Source: the human T2T-CHM13v2.0 reference genome, Homo sapiens
DNA: 64,000 bases
NCBI RefSeq assembly: GCF_009914755.1
Contig: NC_060941.1
Direction: 5' to 3' (one strand)
Below are positions 40,089-53,161 of the stretch, piece after piece. Numbering within the stretch: the first letter of the stretch is position 1; the number at the start of each line of letters is the position of its first letter. The position numbers and the translations under genes are program-made. Below the pieces are notes generated by a model. It worked only from the letters and a program-made list of their open reading frames with translations. It was not told the origin of the DNA and made no database searches.

Positions 40089-40704
40089 TTTATTTATTTA
40101 GAGATTGGGTCTCACTCTGTTGCCCAGCCTGGAGTACAGCAGTGTCATCACAGCTCACTGTAGCCTTGAACTCCTGAGCTCAAGCCATCCTCCCACCTCA
40201 GCCTCCCGAGTAGCTAAGACCACAGGCGTGTGTCACCATGGCTGGCTGATTTAAATTTTTTCTGTAGAAACAGGGTCTCGCTATGTTGTCCAGGCTGGTC
40301 TCCAACTCCTGGCCTCCAGCAATCCTTCTGCCTTGTCTTCCCAAAGTGGTTTGATTATAGTCATGAGCCACTGAGCCTGGCCTTGGAATTCTTTTTCTAA
40401 ATAAAAATAGCTTCAGCAGGGTGCAGTGACTCATGCCTGTAATCCCAGCACTTTGGGAGGCAGAGGTATGCATATCATTTGGGCCCAGGAGTTCCAGACC
40501 CAGCCTGGGCAACATGGCAAAACCCCATCTCTACTAAAAATACAAAATTAACTGGGTGTGGCTGCAGATGCCTGTAGTCCCAGCTACTTGGGAGGCTGAG
40601 GTGGTAGGATCACCTGAGCCTGGGAGGCCGAGGCTGTGGTGAGCCACGATTGTGCCACTGCCCTCCAGCCTGGGCAACAGAGCAAGACCCTGTCTCAAAA
40701 AAAA
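40089..40704. mobile_element. Head-to-head inverted AluJ pair (- 40089-40382; + 40416-40704)
   Basis: Antisense Alu then sense Alu separated by ~33 bp. Confidence 0.92.
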
Positions 40705-40849
40705 TGGCTCTAAAAAACTATATTGTAATCTATTGATTATAGACAAAAAATTTCCAACGTGAACAATTAAAGCAATACCAAAAAATTTATACAATAAGTA
40801 AAAGTCGCCCCAAATTCTGTCAGAGCAGCCACTGTTTACACTTTGGTGA

Positions 40850-41290
<441 letters not shown>

Positions 41291-41318
41291 TAATATTTAA
41301 AAAAAAACAACCCAGCTA

Positions 41319-43583
41319 CAGGCGTACCTTGGAGATATTGTGAGTTTGATTCCAGATCACCTCAATAGAGCAAATATTGCAATAAAGCGCATCACACAGT
41401 GTTGTGGCTTCCCAGTGTATACGTGTTACGTTGACACTATACTGTAGGCTATTAAGTGTGCAGGAGCATTATGTCTAAAAATGTACATTCCTTAATTAAA
41501 AATACCTTATTGCTGAGAAATGATAGCAATCACCTGACCCTTCAGCAAGTTATAATCCTTTTGCTGGTGGAAGATCTCACCTTGATGCTGACGGCTGCTG
41601 ACTTACCAGTGTGGTGGTTGCTGAAGTTTGGGGTGGCTTTGGCAATTTCTTCAAACAAGAACGATAAAGTTGGCCATATCAGTTGACTCTTCCCTTTAGG
41701 AAACATTTCTCTGTAGCATGCGATGCTGCCTGACAACATTTTACCTACAGTAGAACTTCTTTCAAAATTGGAGGCCATCCTCTCAAACTCTGCCACTGCC
41801 TTATCAAATAAGTTCATGTCTATGCTGTATTCTTTGTTGTCATTTCAACTGTGTTCACAGCATCTTCACCAGGAGTGGTGTTCATCTCGAGAAACTGCTT
41901 TCTTTGCTCATCCGTAAGAAGCAACTACTCATCGGTCCAAGTTTTATTATGAGATTGTAGCTCTTCAGTCACATCTTCAGGCTCCACTTCTAATTCTGTT
42001 CTCTGCTCTTTCCATCACACCTGCAGTTACGGAACTCTTCCTCCCAGCGAAGTCTCGAACTCCTCAATTTCATCCATGAGCATTGGAATCAACTTTTCCC
42101 AACTCCTATTAATGTTGATATTTTGACCTCCTCCCATGAATCATGAATTTCTTAATGGCATCTACAATGGTGAATCCTTTCCAAGCTTTCCCTTACTTTG
42201 CCCAGATCCATCAGAGGAATCACTATCTATGGCATCTGTAGCCTTACAAAATGTGTTTCTTATATAATCATAAGTCTTGAAAGTAAAAATTACTCCTTGA
42301 TCCCTGGGCTGCAGAATGGATATTGTGCTAGAGACATGAAAACAGCATCAACCTTCTTGCACATTGTCATCAGAGTGCTTGGGTGACCATGAACATAATA
42401 CTTTGAAAGGAATATTATTTTCTGAGTAGTAGATCTCAACAGTGGCTTAAGATACTCAGTAAACCATGTTATAAACAGATGTGCTGTCATTCAGGCTTTG
42501 TTGTTGCATTTATAGAGCACAAGCAGAATAGATTTAGCCTAATTCTTAAGGGCCCTAAGAGTTTTGAAATGGTTAGTGAGTACTGGCTTCAACTTAGTCA
42601 CCAGCTGTATTCGCTCATAACAAGAGAATCAGCCTGTCTTTGAAACTTTGAAGCCAGGCATTGACTTCTCTTCTCTAGCTATGAAAGTCCTAGATGACAT
42701 CTTTTTCCAGGAGAAAGCAGATTTGTTTACATTGAAAATCTGTTGTTTAATGTACTCACCATCGTCAGTTATCTCATCTAGATCTTCTGGATAACTCGTT
42801 GCAGCTTCTACATCATCACTTTCTGCTTCACCTTGCACTTTTATGTTATGGAGAGGGCTGCTTTCCTTTAACCTTAGGAGCCAACTTTTTCTAGCTTCAC
42901 ATTTTCTTCTGCAGCTTTCTTAGTTGTCTCAGCCTCTGCAGAACTGAAGAGAATTAGGAACTTGCTCTGTATTAGACCTTGGCCTAAGGGAATGTTATTG
43001 CGGGTTTGAGCTTCTATCCAGACCACTAAAACTTTCTCCATATCAGCTAGAAGTCTGTTTCACTCTCTTGTCATTTGTGTGTGCAGTGGAGTAGCACTTT
43101 TTAATTTCCTTCAAGAACTTTTCCTTTGCATTGACAATTTGGCTAACTGTTTTGTACAAGAGGTCTAGCTGTTGGCCTATCTCTGCTTTCGATTGTCTTT
43201 TTCAACCAGCTTAATCATTTCTGGCTTTTGATTTAAAGTGAGAGGCATGTGACTCTCCTTTCACTTGTACACCTAGAGGCCTTTGTAGGGTTACTAACTG
43301 GCCTAATTTCAATATTGATATGTCTGAGAATAAGGAGGTCTGAGGAAAGGGAGAGAGACGGAGGAATGGCTGATCAGAGATGGAGGAATCGCTGATCAGC
43401 AGTCAGAACACACAAGACATTTACTGATTCCGTCCTACTTCTTATGTGGGTGTGGTCCATGGCACCCCCAAATAATGGCAATGGTTACGTCAAAGATCAC
43501 TGGCCACAGATGAGCATAACAGATGTAATCATGATGACAAAGTTTGAAATGTTGTGAGAATTACCAAAATGTTACACAGAGGT
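41319..43583 (-). mobile_element. Near full-length Tigger1 (pogo/TcMar) DNA transposon, decayed transposase, one end missing
   Basis: TA+caggcgtacct terminal repeat at 41317; minus-strand ORF pieces ([33 protein letters not shown]; [21 protein letters not shown]) are Tigger1/TIGD1-like. Confidence 0.92.
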
Positions 43584-44065
43584 GTCAAATGGAGTATCCC
43601 TAACAGATATCTATAGAAAACTGCACCTCAAAATAGAACAAGATTCTTTTCAGCCATCCTTGGAATATTCCCCCAGACAGACCATATGCAAGGGCATAAA
43701 ACAAACCTCAATGATATTCAACATGGAAATAACACAAAGTGTGTACTTCAATTACAAAGGAATGAAATTTGCGATGGAAAGAAGAAAAAATGGAGAAAAC
43801 TCACATATTTTTGGTAATCAAACACCATCCTCCAAAATAACCAATGAATCAAAGAAGCAACAGAAACAAAAGATAAATGAAAGTGAAGATACAACTTTCC
43901 AAAACTTAAGGGACTCGGGGAGTGTAGGAAAAATGGTGGATAGGAGGCAGGACTAACTTGCAGTTCCCACTTGGACGGACAGAGCAGCCTTTGGAGACTC
44001 CCATCGTGAGCTTTTGCTCCAAGAACAACCACAGGAACATACCAGGAAAGCCGAGGTAGAGTGCT
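43584..44065 (+). mobile_element. Sense L1 fragments (ORF2 endonuclease region plus 5'-UTR-like piece)
   Basis: LTDIYRKLH...; aaaatggtggataggaggcaggactaacttgcag resembles an L1 5' end. Confidence 0.65.
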
Positions 44066-44942
44066 CACCTCTGCCTGAGCATGAAGCATGCTTCTGGACA
44101 AATTTATCGTGTATTTTCCCTACTGTAGCTGAGGCTCCCCATTTCCCCCACAATAGCTCAAGTTTATGGCCAGGCGGTCAAGGCCCAGGATGCTTCAGCC
44201 CCAGTGGACTCTCCTGCTTGCCTGACCTCCACTCTGTACTCTAGCAGTGCCTTTGCAGTTTGTATGGTTCTAGAATACACAAAATATTTTGTCTCTGTCC
44301 TTCATACTGATTGTTCCTTTTCACCAAATATGCTTTCTTCATTCTGCTTTTCCAGACTGAATTTTTTTCCTTCAATTGTCAGCCTGGTAAGACCTGCTCT
44401 AGCACCTGCTTAAGCGTCTCCTCCTCCTGACATCTCCCACCCCAGAGTAACCACTCCAGTTTCTGCACTGTTTTTGGCCTTTGTATTCTTTTTCGGATTG
44501 ACCCTTTGCACATTTTGCTTAACTATCCATTCTCTGCAAGACTGAGAGAGTCTCAAGGGTAGGGACATTACTCTGAATTCCTGCATCCTCAGGATCTTGC
44601 ACAATGCCAGGCATAATGTAGAGATCAGTAAAACAAGGTTGAACTAAACTGTATAGAATAGTAGACATTTCATGCATTTGACATAAATGAATGGACAAGA
44701 GTCATGAGACCTGGCGCCTATGTATCGATGAAAATGTGGTTGCTTAGGGAACTAGCTGATGCCAGGGCAATGTGGAGCGCGTTCTGCAAATTCAGTCTTG
44801 AACAGGATAAATTTGAAGTAGCAGCTGGGTAAGAAAATGTTGATGTGGGGACTGTGAGCAATGTAGAAGGTTAAAGTAAGTTGGAGCTACAAGCTTTAGT
44901 GGAGGTAGGATGGGGCAGGCAAGCATTTAGCAAATGAATGTG

Positions 44943-45259
<317 letters not shown>

Positions 45260-48200
45260 ATGAATGGACTTTTAAATCTCAATTTACAGATTTGATTTCC
45301 CTGATATCTAGGGTCAGTGGTATACTGAAAGGAAAGTTTGAGGCAGAAGTGTGGATTCAAATCCTAGATTAACGCATACAACGTTTCCCCCCACCCCACC
45401 CACCCCCGGCAAATAACTCCTCATTTCTGAGCACTTGGACAGAGAATGTGCTTACGTGCCTTATCTATATTAAGGTCTTTTATTTATCGCACACACGGAA
45501 CTATTTGGCTCTATGAGAGATGATTCCACCAAGAATTAGAAGAGCAATAATCTTTTTACAGTTACTCAGCTTGTAAAAGAATGGGGTCAGTATTTAACCC
45601 TCTTTACTGACTCAAAGCTGATGCCCCAACTACTCGACCGCGTGTTAAAGGACAGCAATAATGTCTACTTTATGCAACGTTAAGAGCTGAAATCCTGAAT
45701 GTGGAAGGAGTTCTCTAGCTTGAAAGCTGATTTTAAATGGGAGGTGCTGTTATGGGGATGGCAAAGGGAGTCCTGTTTAACCGTTTCCTCCAGCTTCTGT
45801 CTCCCAGCCCACTCCAGCAGGAAACTGTTCTCCATCCTGGACCTGGTTCTGCCCCCTACTCAGGCACCCTGGGATCCCTCAGTCCACCCTGGGGTCTGCA
45901 GGGAGTGGTCCAGGATGTCAGGGTTGGGACGTAATCGTGTCCAGACACTTGGTGCGGCTACATGGGAGACAGATGGGGGACATGTTATGATGGGCTTCCC
46001 ATACAAAGGGATAAGCACTGCCTCGATCAGAAACCAGGGGGCAAAGAGAGAGAGAGAAATAGGAGCCAGGCTGTCACCCAGAAGACTTAAGTACTGGGCC
46101 AGCGAAGGGCACTGGGAAGGAGGTGAACTCCCCGTCACAGAAGGGACTAGAACAGGCTGCACGATGCCATGGGCTGAGCGATCGTTTCAGAGCCAATTGG
46201 AGCATTTAGTGGAAGTTAAGTGCTGGTTAAGGCCTTTTTTAGCAATAAGGTTCCAAATTACACATTCATGATGGAGTGGTCCTCTGGCATTTCAGTGAAA
46301 GTGGGAGTAACCCTGAGCACATGCTCCGGAGACTCTTTGTATCTACAGCTTCCCACATCTCTTATCTGTTAGTTGTCTTATGGCTCTAAGCACAAACGAG
46401 CCCGTTTATTTCCCACACTCCAGAACTTAACGTGCACCTTGATCCGAAGAGATCTGCGCAAAGTCAGAGCGATTTGACGGCAGAGATGAGCCCATGACCA
46501 AAGCTCTGCTTGCCTCTTAGAAAAGCGGTTACAATGAAAAAGAGGGAGCTGATGGGCTCATCCCTGAGATCACCCCAAGGCCCCTACGTGACCTGAGCAT
46601 GAAAAGCAGCACCGTGGTGATTCCCTGCAGGGCCCCAATCCTGAGCACACTCGCCCACCACCTCTGTTTCTGCCATGGAGAGAAACGGCTTCCACCTTCT
46701 TAGACCCCAGAAGAAACTACTTCCTTCCCGCCTTCTGGGTGGGACATCTTCCTAACAGGAGAGAAGGTAGGAGGGAGGTGATGGGACTTCAGAAAACCAA
46801 GGCTGCCCAGAGGACTGGACACCTCTGCTCGCCCGCCCTAAAGGTATCATCTCCCACGCTGCAGTGAGCACTAGGATCACCTGCGATGCTCCAAGACAAA
46901 AAGCTGATTTTCCCGCCCCTTCTCGGAGGTGCTGGTTCTGTTCTGAGGACCAAGTTCTTTTTAGTGAGCCCCGAGTGATTCTGATCCTATGCTTTGGGAA
47001 ACACTGCTGTCAGCCCAGAAGAGTCAGCGGGTTCTGAACGCTCGTGCGGTGTGAAGGCCGTAGAGACACAAACTCCTACGTAGCGCGGCCTGGGGGAGAG
47101 GACAGCGAGTGTGCGTGTGTTACAGAAAAGTGCTGCAAGCTTGCTGTTGGGACACTGGCCTTTGTGCCGCCTCTGTTGCTCCCCAGCTGTAGGACTTTGA
47201 GTTGGGCAGTCAGTCCCCCAGAGCCACCATGTGGGCATTCTTGTAGGTTGTGAGAATCACAGGCAGCAGGGCGGGTGCCAGTGAGCCCGTGAAAACTGCA
47301 GAGTGCCAAAAGGATTGGAGGAATTGTTATCTTACCTTAAACCCTTAGCAGTTAGATTATGAAGATGTGAGTATGTTTGCTTTTTGCATCCTTTAAAAGA
47401 AATCTTTGCTAAATCTTTGCCAATGTCCTTTTTTATATTTTCTGCTAAAAGATTTATTGTTTTACTATTCACATTTAGATTCACTATCAATTTAAAACTG
47501 ATTTTTGTATCAGGTGAGGTATAGGTCAAGATATATTTTTTATCCCACAAATATGAGAGAAAATGGAGGAGAAGATAAGAGGGAAGAGGGAGAAGGAGCA
47601 TGAGCCTGAGGCGGACGCACCTTACCCACTGCTCTGTGCTGCTCTCAGAGTTCACTGGTTCGGCTGCCTCCACGTTCCTGCTCTACAGGATGAAAATTCA
47701 GTAAGGACATAAGAGACTACAATGCATTATTTCCTGAATAGAACTTGCTGACTTGTCCTATTTGCTAAATGTAAAGAGCAGAGAACTTGTTACCTGCATC
47801 TTCAGTCCCTGCAAAAGAGGAGACAGAATTTGAGGCTCTTTATGCCCTGATGAGCCTGGGGGGATTTGAGAACTGATGTTGGGATCCCAGATTCACGATG
47901 GAAAGGACTAAACAGGGACTGTATCAGACCTTATCAGTTTTGGAGCGGCCCTGGAGATACAATCCCAAGGTAGCCTCTTGAAATGAACATGGATAATTGC
48001 TCCAATGTTATTATCTAGAGGCAAGAACCTTGAGAAATGTGTCCAGTTTATGAGAAGTAAACCAGCTCCTTACTGCGCAGCAATCCTAAAACACACGCTG
48101 GTAGTCGGCCAGAGATAAAGCAGCCCTCATACATATTGCAGCCTGGCTTTGACTTACCAGAAGTGTGGAAAATCTGAAGTACTAAACTTCGATTAGGATG

Positions 48201-49303
48201 ATCTAGACTTCTAGTGACCCCAAGTTCTAAGCAAAAGCAATTGAAAAAAAATCCTATTTGGAGGAACAGTGCCCCCTTAGAGCTCAAATTACTTCTCTTA
48301 ATACTTTCTCAAGCACAGTATCCAACATACATCCGAAGATAAGACACACAAGGATGAAGGATTCCAATAGCAAGAACCAGCAGATGGGAGGCATATAGGG
48401 ACTCCAGATAATATAATTATTAGACACAGATTAAAACAGTCATGCTTATGGTGTCTTAGAAAATAAAATGAAACCTGAAAATTTCGTCAGTGACTTTTAC
48501 AAATGGAACAGTCATAATGAGTAACCAGCACTCAGATGAAAACACATTACTGGCCCTCCAGAAGTCACCTCATTTTCCTCTGTAGTCCCTGTTCCTACGC
48601 GGGTAATCAGTATCTTGACTCCTAATAGCATAAATTAGCTTTATTCATTTTTGTACTTTATATTAAATCATACAGTTTGTTCTCTTTTGTATCTGCTTCT
48701 TTCACTCAACCTTATATATGTGTGATTCAGCCACACTGTTGTATGTGGTTGTATATTATTGCTCATATTTATTGCTGTTTAACATTGTATTGTGTGAATG
48801 TACCATTTAATAAATGCATTTAACCATTGATAGACATTAGTAGCCAGTTGGGCTTGTTCTGAAAAGGGCAGATGCACGTTTCTGATGGAAATATATACCT
48901 GGCTTTGAATTTCTGTAACCTAGGGCAGACTTTTGTGTAGTCAACAGGGCTAAACAGTTTTCCAAACACGTGTCTCCATTTTAATTTCCCCGCGCAGTGT
49001 ATGGGGGTTCTGGTTGCTCCAAATTTTAACATAAGGTGGTATCTGAAGATATTTTGATGTGTGTGTAGTGGTTTTGTTTATGGTTATAATTTGTATTTTC
49101 ATGTTGAGTAATGCGGTCAAGTACTTTCTTATATGGCTGTTTATCTGTGTCTGTCTATCATCTCTCTTTGTTGTCTATCTACCTACCACATATGTTCTTG
49201 TGTAAAGTACCCATTCAAGTATTTTGCTTATTTTTCTATTATGTTATCTTTTTATGTTGGTTTGTATTTCCTTAAATGCTTTGTGAGTCTTCGCAAATGC
49301 TTG

Positions 49304-49387
49304 TATTAGGTTGGGGCAAATGTGATTGCGGTTTTTGCCATTGCTTTTAATGGCAAAAACCGCAATCACATTTGCCCCAACCTAATA
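49304..49387. mobile_element. MADE1 miniature mariner element (MITE), perfect 39-bp inverted repeat including flanking TA
   Basis: tattaggttggggcaaatgtgattgcggtttttgccatt-gctttt-aatggcaaaaaccgcaatcacatttgccccaacctaata. Confidence 0.95.
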
Positions 49388-49963
49388 GACTATTTGTGTC
49401 AAGTTTGTGGGTTGGCTTTTATGCAACTAATGGTGGCTTTTGAGAAACAGAAGATTTTAATTTTAACGTAGTCCAATTCATCAATTTTCATTTCAGAATT
49501 ATTGCTTTTTGCATCCTTTAAAGGTAATATTTGCCAATGTTCTTTTTATATTTTCTGCTAAAAGATGTATTGTTTTACCACTCATGTTTAGATTTACTAT
49601 CAATCTAAAACTGATTTTTATATCAGGTGTGGTATAGGTCAAGATATATTTTTATTCCACAAATATGAATCTCCAACTGATCCAGTGCCATTTATTGAAA
49701 AGACCATCCTTTCCATACTGCGTTGCTGTGTAAATGGTTTTTTCACATCTTTATTGAGGTATACTTAACAAATAAAAATTATTTAAGGTTTATATAGTGC
49801 TGTTTTGATATATGTAATATATATCTATTGTAAATGATCACCACAATCAAGCTAATTAGCATATCCATCATTTCACATAGTTACTGTTATTTTGGTGTGA
49901 GAATACACTAGATCTATTCTCTTTGCAAATTTTGACTTTGTAACATTGTATTATTGACTATAG

Positions 49964-50285
49964 ACTGGGTATGGTGGATCAGGCCTGTATTCTTAGCACT
50001 TTAGGAGGCTGAGGTGGGAGGATTACTTGAGGCCGGCAGTTTGAGACCAGCCTAGGCAACATGGTGAGACCCCATCTCTAGAGAAATTAATAAATAATTA
50101 GTCAGGCCTGGCAGTGTGTGCCTATAGTCTTAGCTACTTGGGAGGCTGAGGTGGGAGAATTGCTTTAACCCAGGAGTTGGGGGCTACAGTGAACTATGAT
50201 CCTGCCACTGCACTCCAGCTTGGGTGACAGAGCAAGACCTTGCCTCTAAAACACCACCACCACCACCACCAACAACAACACAATA
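49964..50285 (+). mobile_element. AluJ element with (CAC)n(CAA)n tail
   Basis: Diverged sense Alu. Confidence 0.9.
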
Positions 50286-53161
50286 TAGTTACCGTGCTAT
50301 ATATTAGCTCTCCAGAACTTGCTCATAACTGAAAGTTTGTTACCTTTCACCAATGCTTCCTCAACTCCTCCATCTCCTGACCTCTGGCAACCACTCTTTT
50401 AGTCTGCTTTTGTGAGCTATACTTTAAAAAAAAACTTTAATTTTTAATTTTTGTGAGTTCATAGTAGGTATGTGTATATATGAGGTACATGAGATGCTTT
50501 TATACAGGCATGCAGTGTATCATAATCACATCATGGAAGATGGGGTATCCATCCCCTCAAATATTTATCCTTTGTGTTACAAACAATCCAGTTATACTCT
50601 TTTAGTTATTTTACAATGTATAATTACATTATTATTGACTATAGTCACCCTGTCCTGGGCCTTATTCATTCTGATGATTTTTTGTACCCATTAGCCATCT
50701 CCCCCCACCACTATCCTTCCCAGCCTCTGGTAAGGATCCTTCTACTCTCTAACTCTGAGCTATACGTCTTCAGATTCCACATATAGGTGAGATCCTGCAG
50801 TTTTTGTCTTTCTTTGTGTGGCTTATTTTGCTTAGTGTAATGTTCTCCAGGTTCATCCATATCACAAATAGAGGATTTACTTCTTTTTATGACTGAGTAA
50901 TATATTTTGTGTGTGTGTGTGTGTGTATAAGGTCTATATGTCTCTGATTTTTATACATTGATTTTATATCCTGCAACTTTACTGAATTTGTTAATTCATT
51001 CTACTAGTTTATTTTGTGGTGTCTTTTATGGGTTTCTACATAAAAGATTATAAATAATTTTATTTTGTTCTGATTTGGATTTTTTTTTGTCTTCTTTTTT
51101 TATTATTATACTTTAAGTCCTGGGATACAAGTGCAGAACGGGCACATTTGTTACATAGGTATACATGTGCCATGGTGGTTTGCTGCACCCATCAACCCGT
51201 CATCTACATTAGGTATTTCTTCTAATGCTATCCCTTTCCTAGCCCCCAACCCCCTGACAGGCCCCGGTGTGTGATGTTCCCCTCCCTGTGTCCACGTGTT
51301 CTCATTGTTCAGCTCCCACTTATGAGTGAGAACATGCGTTGTTTGGCTTTCCGTTCCTGTGTTAGTTGATGTCTTTTTGTTTGTTTGTTTCCTAATTGAT
51401 CTGTCTAGGACTTCCAGTATTATGTTGAATAGAAGTGCCAACATAGCATCCTTGCTTTCTTCCAAATCTTAGAAGAAAAGCTTTCAGTTATTCTTCATTG
51501 AGTATGATGCTCACTGTGGGCTTTTCACATATGGCCTTTATTGTGTTGAGGTAAATGACTTCTATACTTAATTAGTTGAGACTCTTCATCATGAAATGGT
51601 TTTGAATTTTGTCAAATGCCTTCTCTGCATTTATGGATATAATCATGTAGTTTTTATCCTTCATTCTGTTAGTGTGGTATGTTATACTGACTGATTTGTG
51701 TATGTCAAATCAACCTTGCATCCAGGGATAAATCCTACTTGGCTATGTATTGTGCTGTTGAATTTGGTTTGTTTATATTTTACTGAGTATTTTGAATCTA
51801 TGTTCATAAGAGATACTGGTCTGTGTTTTCCTTTCTTGTGGTGTCTTTGTCTGGCTTGGGTATCAGAGTGATGCTGGTGTCATTAAATGAGTTTGGAAGT
51901 GTTTCCTACTATTATTTTTGGAAGAATTTAAAAAGTTTGGGTATTAATTCTTCTTTAGATATTTGGTAGAAATTACCTGCGAAGCCATCCATTCATGTTT
52001 CTTTTATTGCTGGAAAGTTTGTTTTTTAAATTACTGATTCAATCTTCTTATTTGTTATTGGACTGTTTAGGCTTTCTACTTCTTCAGGTTGAAAGGTTGT
52101 GTGTTTCTAGAAATTTATCAGTTTCTTACAGGCTGTCCAATTAATTGGCTTGCAATTGTTTATAATAATCCTTTCTGACCTTTTTTAATTTCCATGGCCA
52201 TAGATTATAGAAATTTCACCCCTTCTGATTTTGTTTGAGTATTTCTTATTTTAAAAATGATTCTAGCTAAGAGTTTGTTAATTTTTTCACATTTTTCCCC
52301 AAAAAACGATGTCTACTTTTGTCTATTTTTGATATTATTTTATGTTTCATTTATTTCTGCTCTATTCTTTATTATTTTCTTCCTTCTGCTAACTTTGGGT
52401 TTAATGTCTTATTTTTTACTTCCTTAAGTGTAAAGTTAGGTTGTTTATTTGAGATATTTCTTCTTTCATAATGTAAGTTTCTCACTGTCAATTTCCCTCT
52501 TAGTACTGCATTTGCTGCAACTTGTAAGTTTTTGTATGTTGTGTTTATTTTCATTGTTTTCCCTGAAATATTTTTTAATTTCCTTTTTAATTTCTTCGAG
52601 TCAATAGTTGTTCAGGAGTGTTTAATTTTCATATAATCTATAATTTTCCTATTGTTATTGAATTCATTTTTCATTTTTAATAGCCAGAAATGGCACACAG
52701 AATGATTTCAATCTTCTTAAGTTTGTTAACAATTATTTTGTAACCTAGCATGTGATTTTTCTTGGAAAATGTTCCATGTCTGTTTTAGAAGAATGTGTTT
52801 TCTGCTGCTGTTGGGTGGAATGTTTTGTACATGTCTGACTCATACATTGGTTTATGGCATTGTTCAGATCTGGTGTTTCTTTGTTGATTTTCTGTTCAGA
52901 TTATAAATCCTTTATGGAAAGTGGGATATCAAAGTCTCCTACTATTATTTTATTGCTTTTATGTATCCCTTAAAATCTGTCAATGTTTGCTTTATATAGT
53001 TAGGTGCTCTGATGTTTGGTACATGTATATTTATAATTGTTATATATTCCTGTGGAATCAACCATTTTGTCATTATATAATGACCTTCTTTGTCTCTTGT
53101 AACAGCTTTTGAATTAAAGTCCATTTTATCTGATGTAAGTATAGCCACCCTGGACACTTGG

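Larger units (their letters stand above)
48490..53160 (-). mobile_element. Nested antisense L1M/L1MA/L1PA fragments
   Basis: L1 3' UTRs and ORF2 remnants (e.g. ORF 52945..53397 ...DKEGHYIMTKW...NIHVPNIRAPNYIKQTL); L1PA 3' end at ~51093-51365. Confidence 0.85.

Noticed and set aside
41319-43583. Possible domesticated TIGD-like transposase gene
   Set aside because: Reading frame is fragmented by many stops and frameshifts and one terminus is lost: fossil Tigger1
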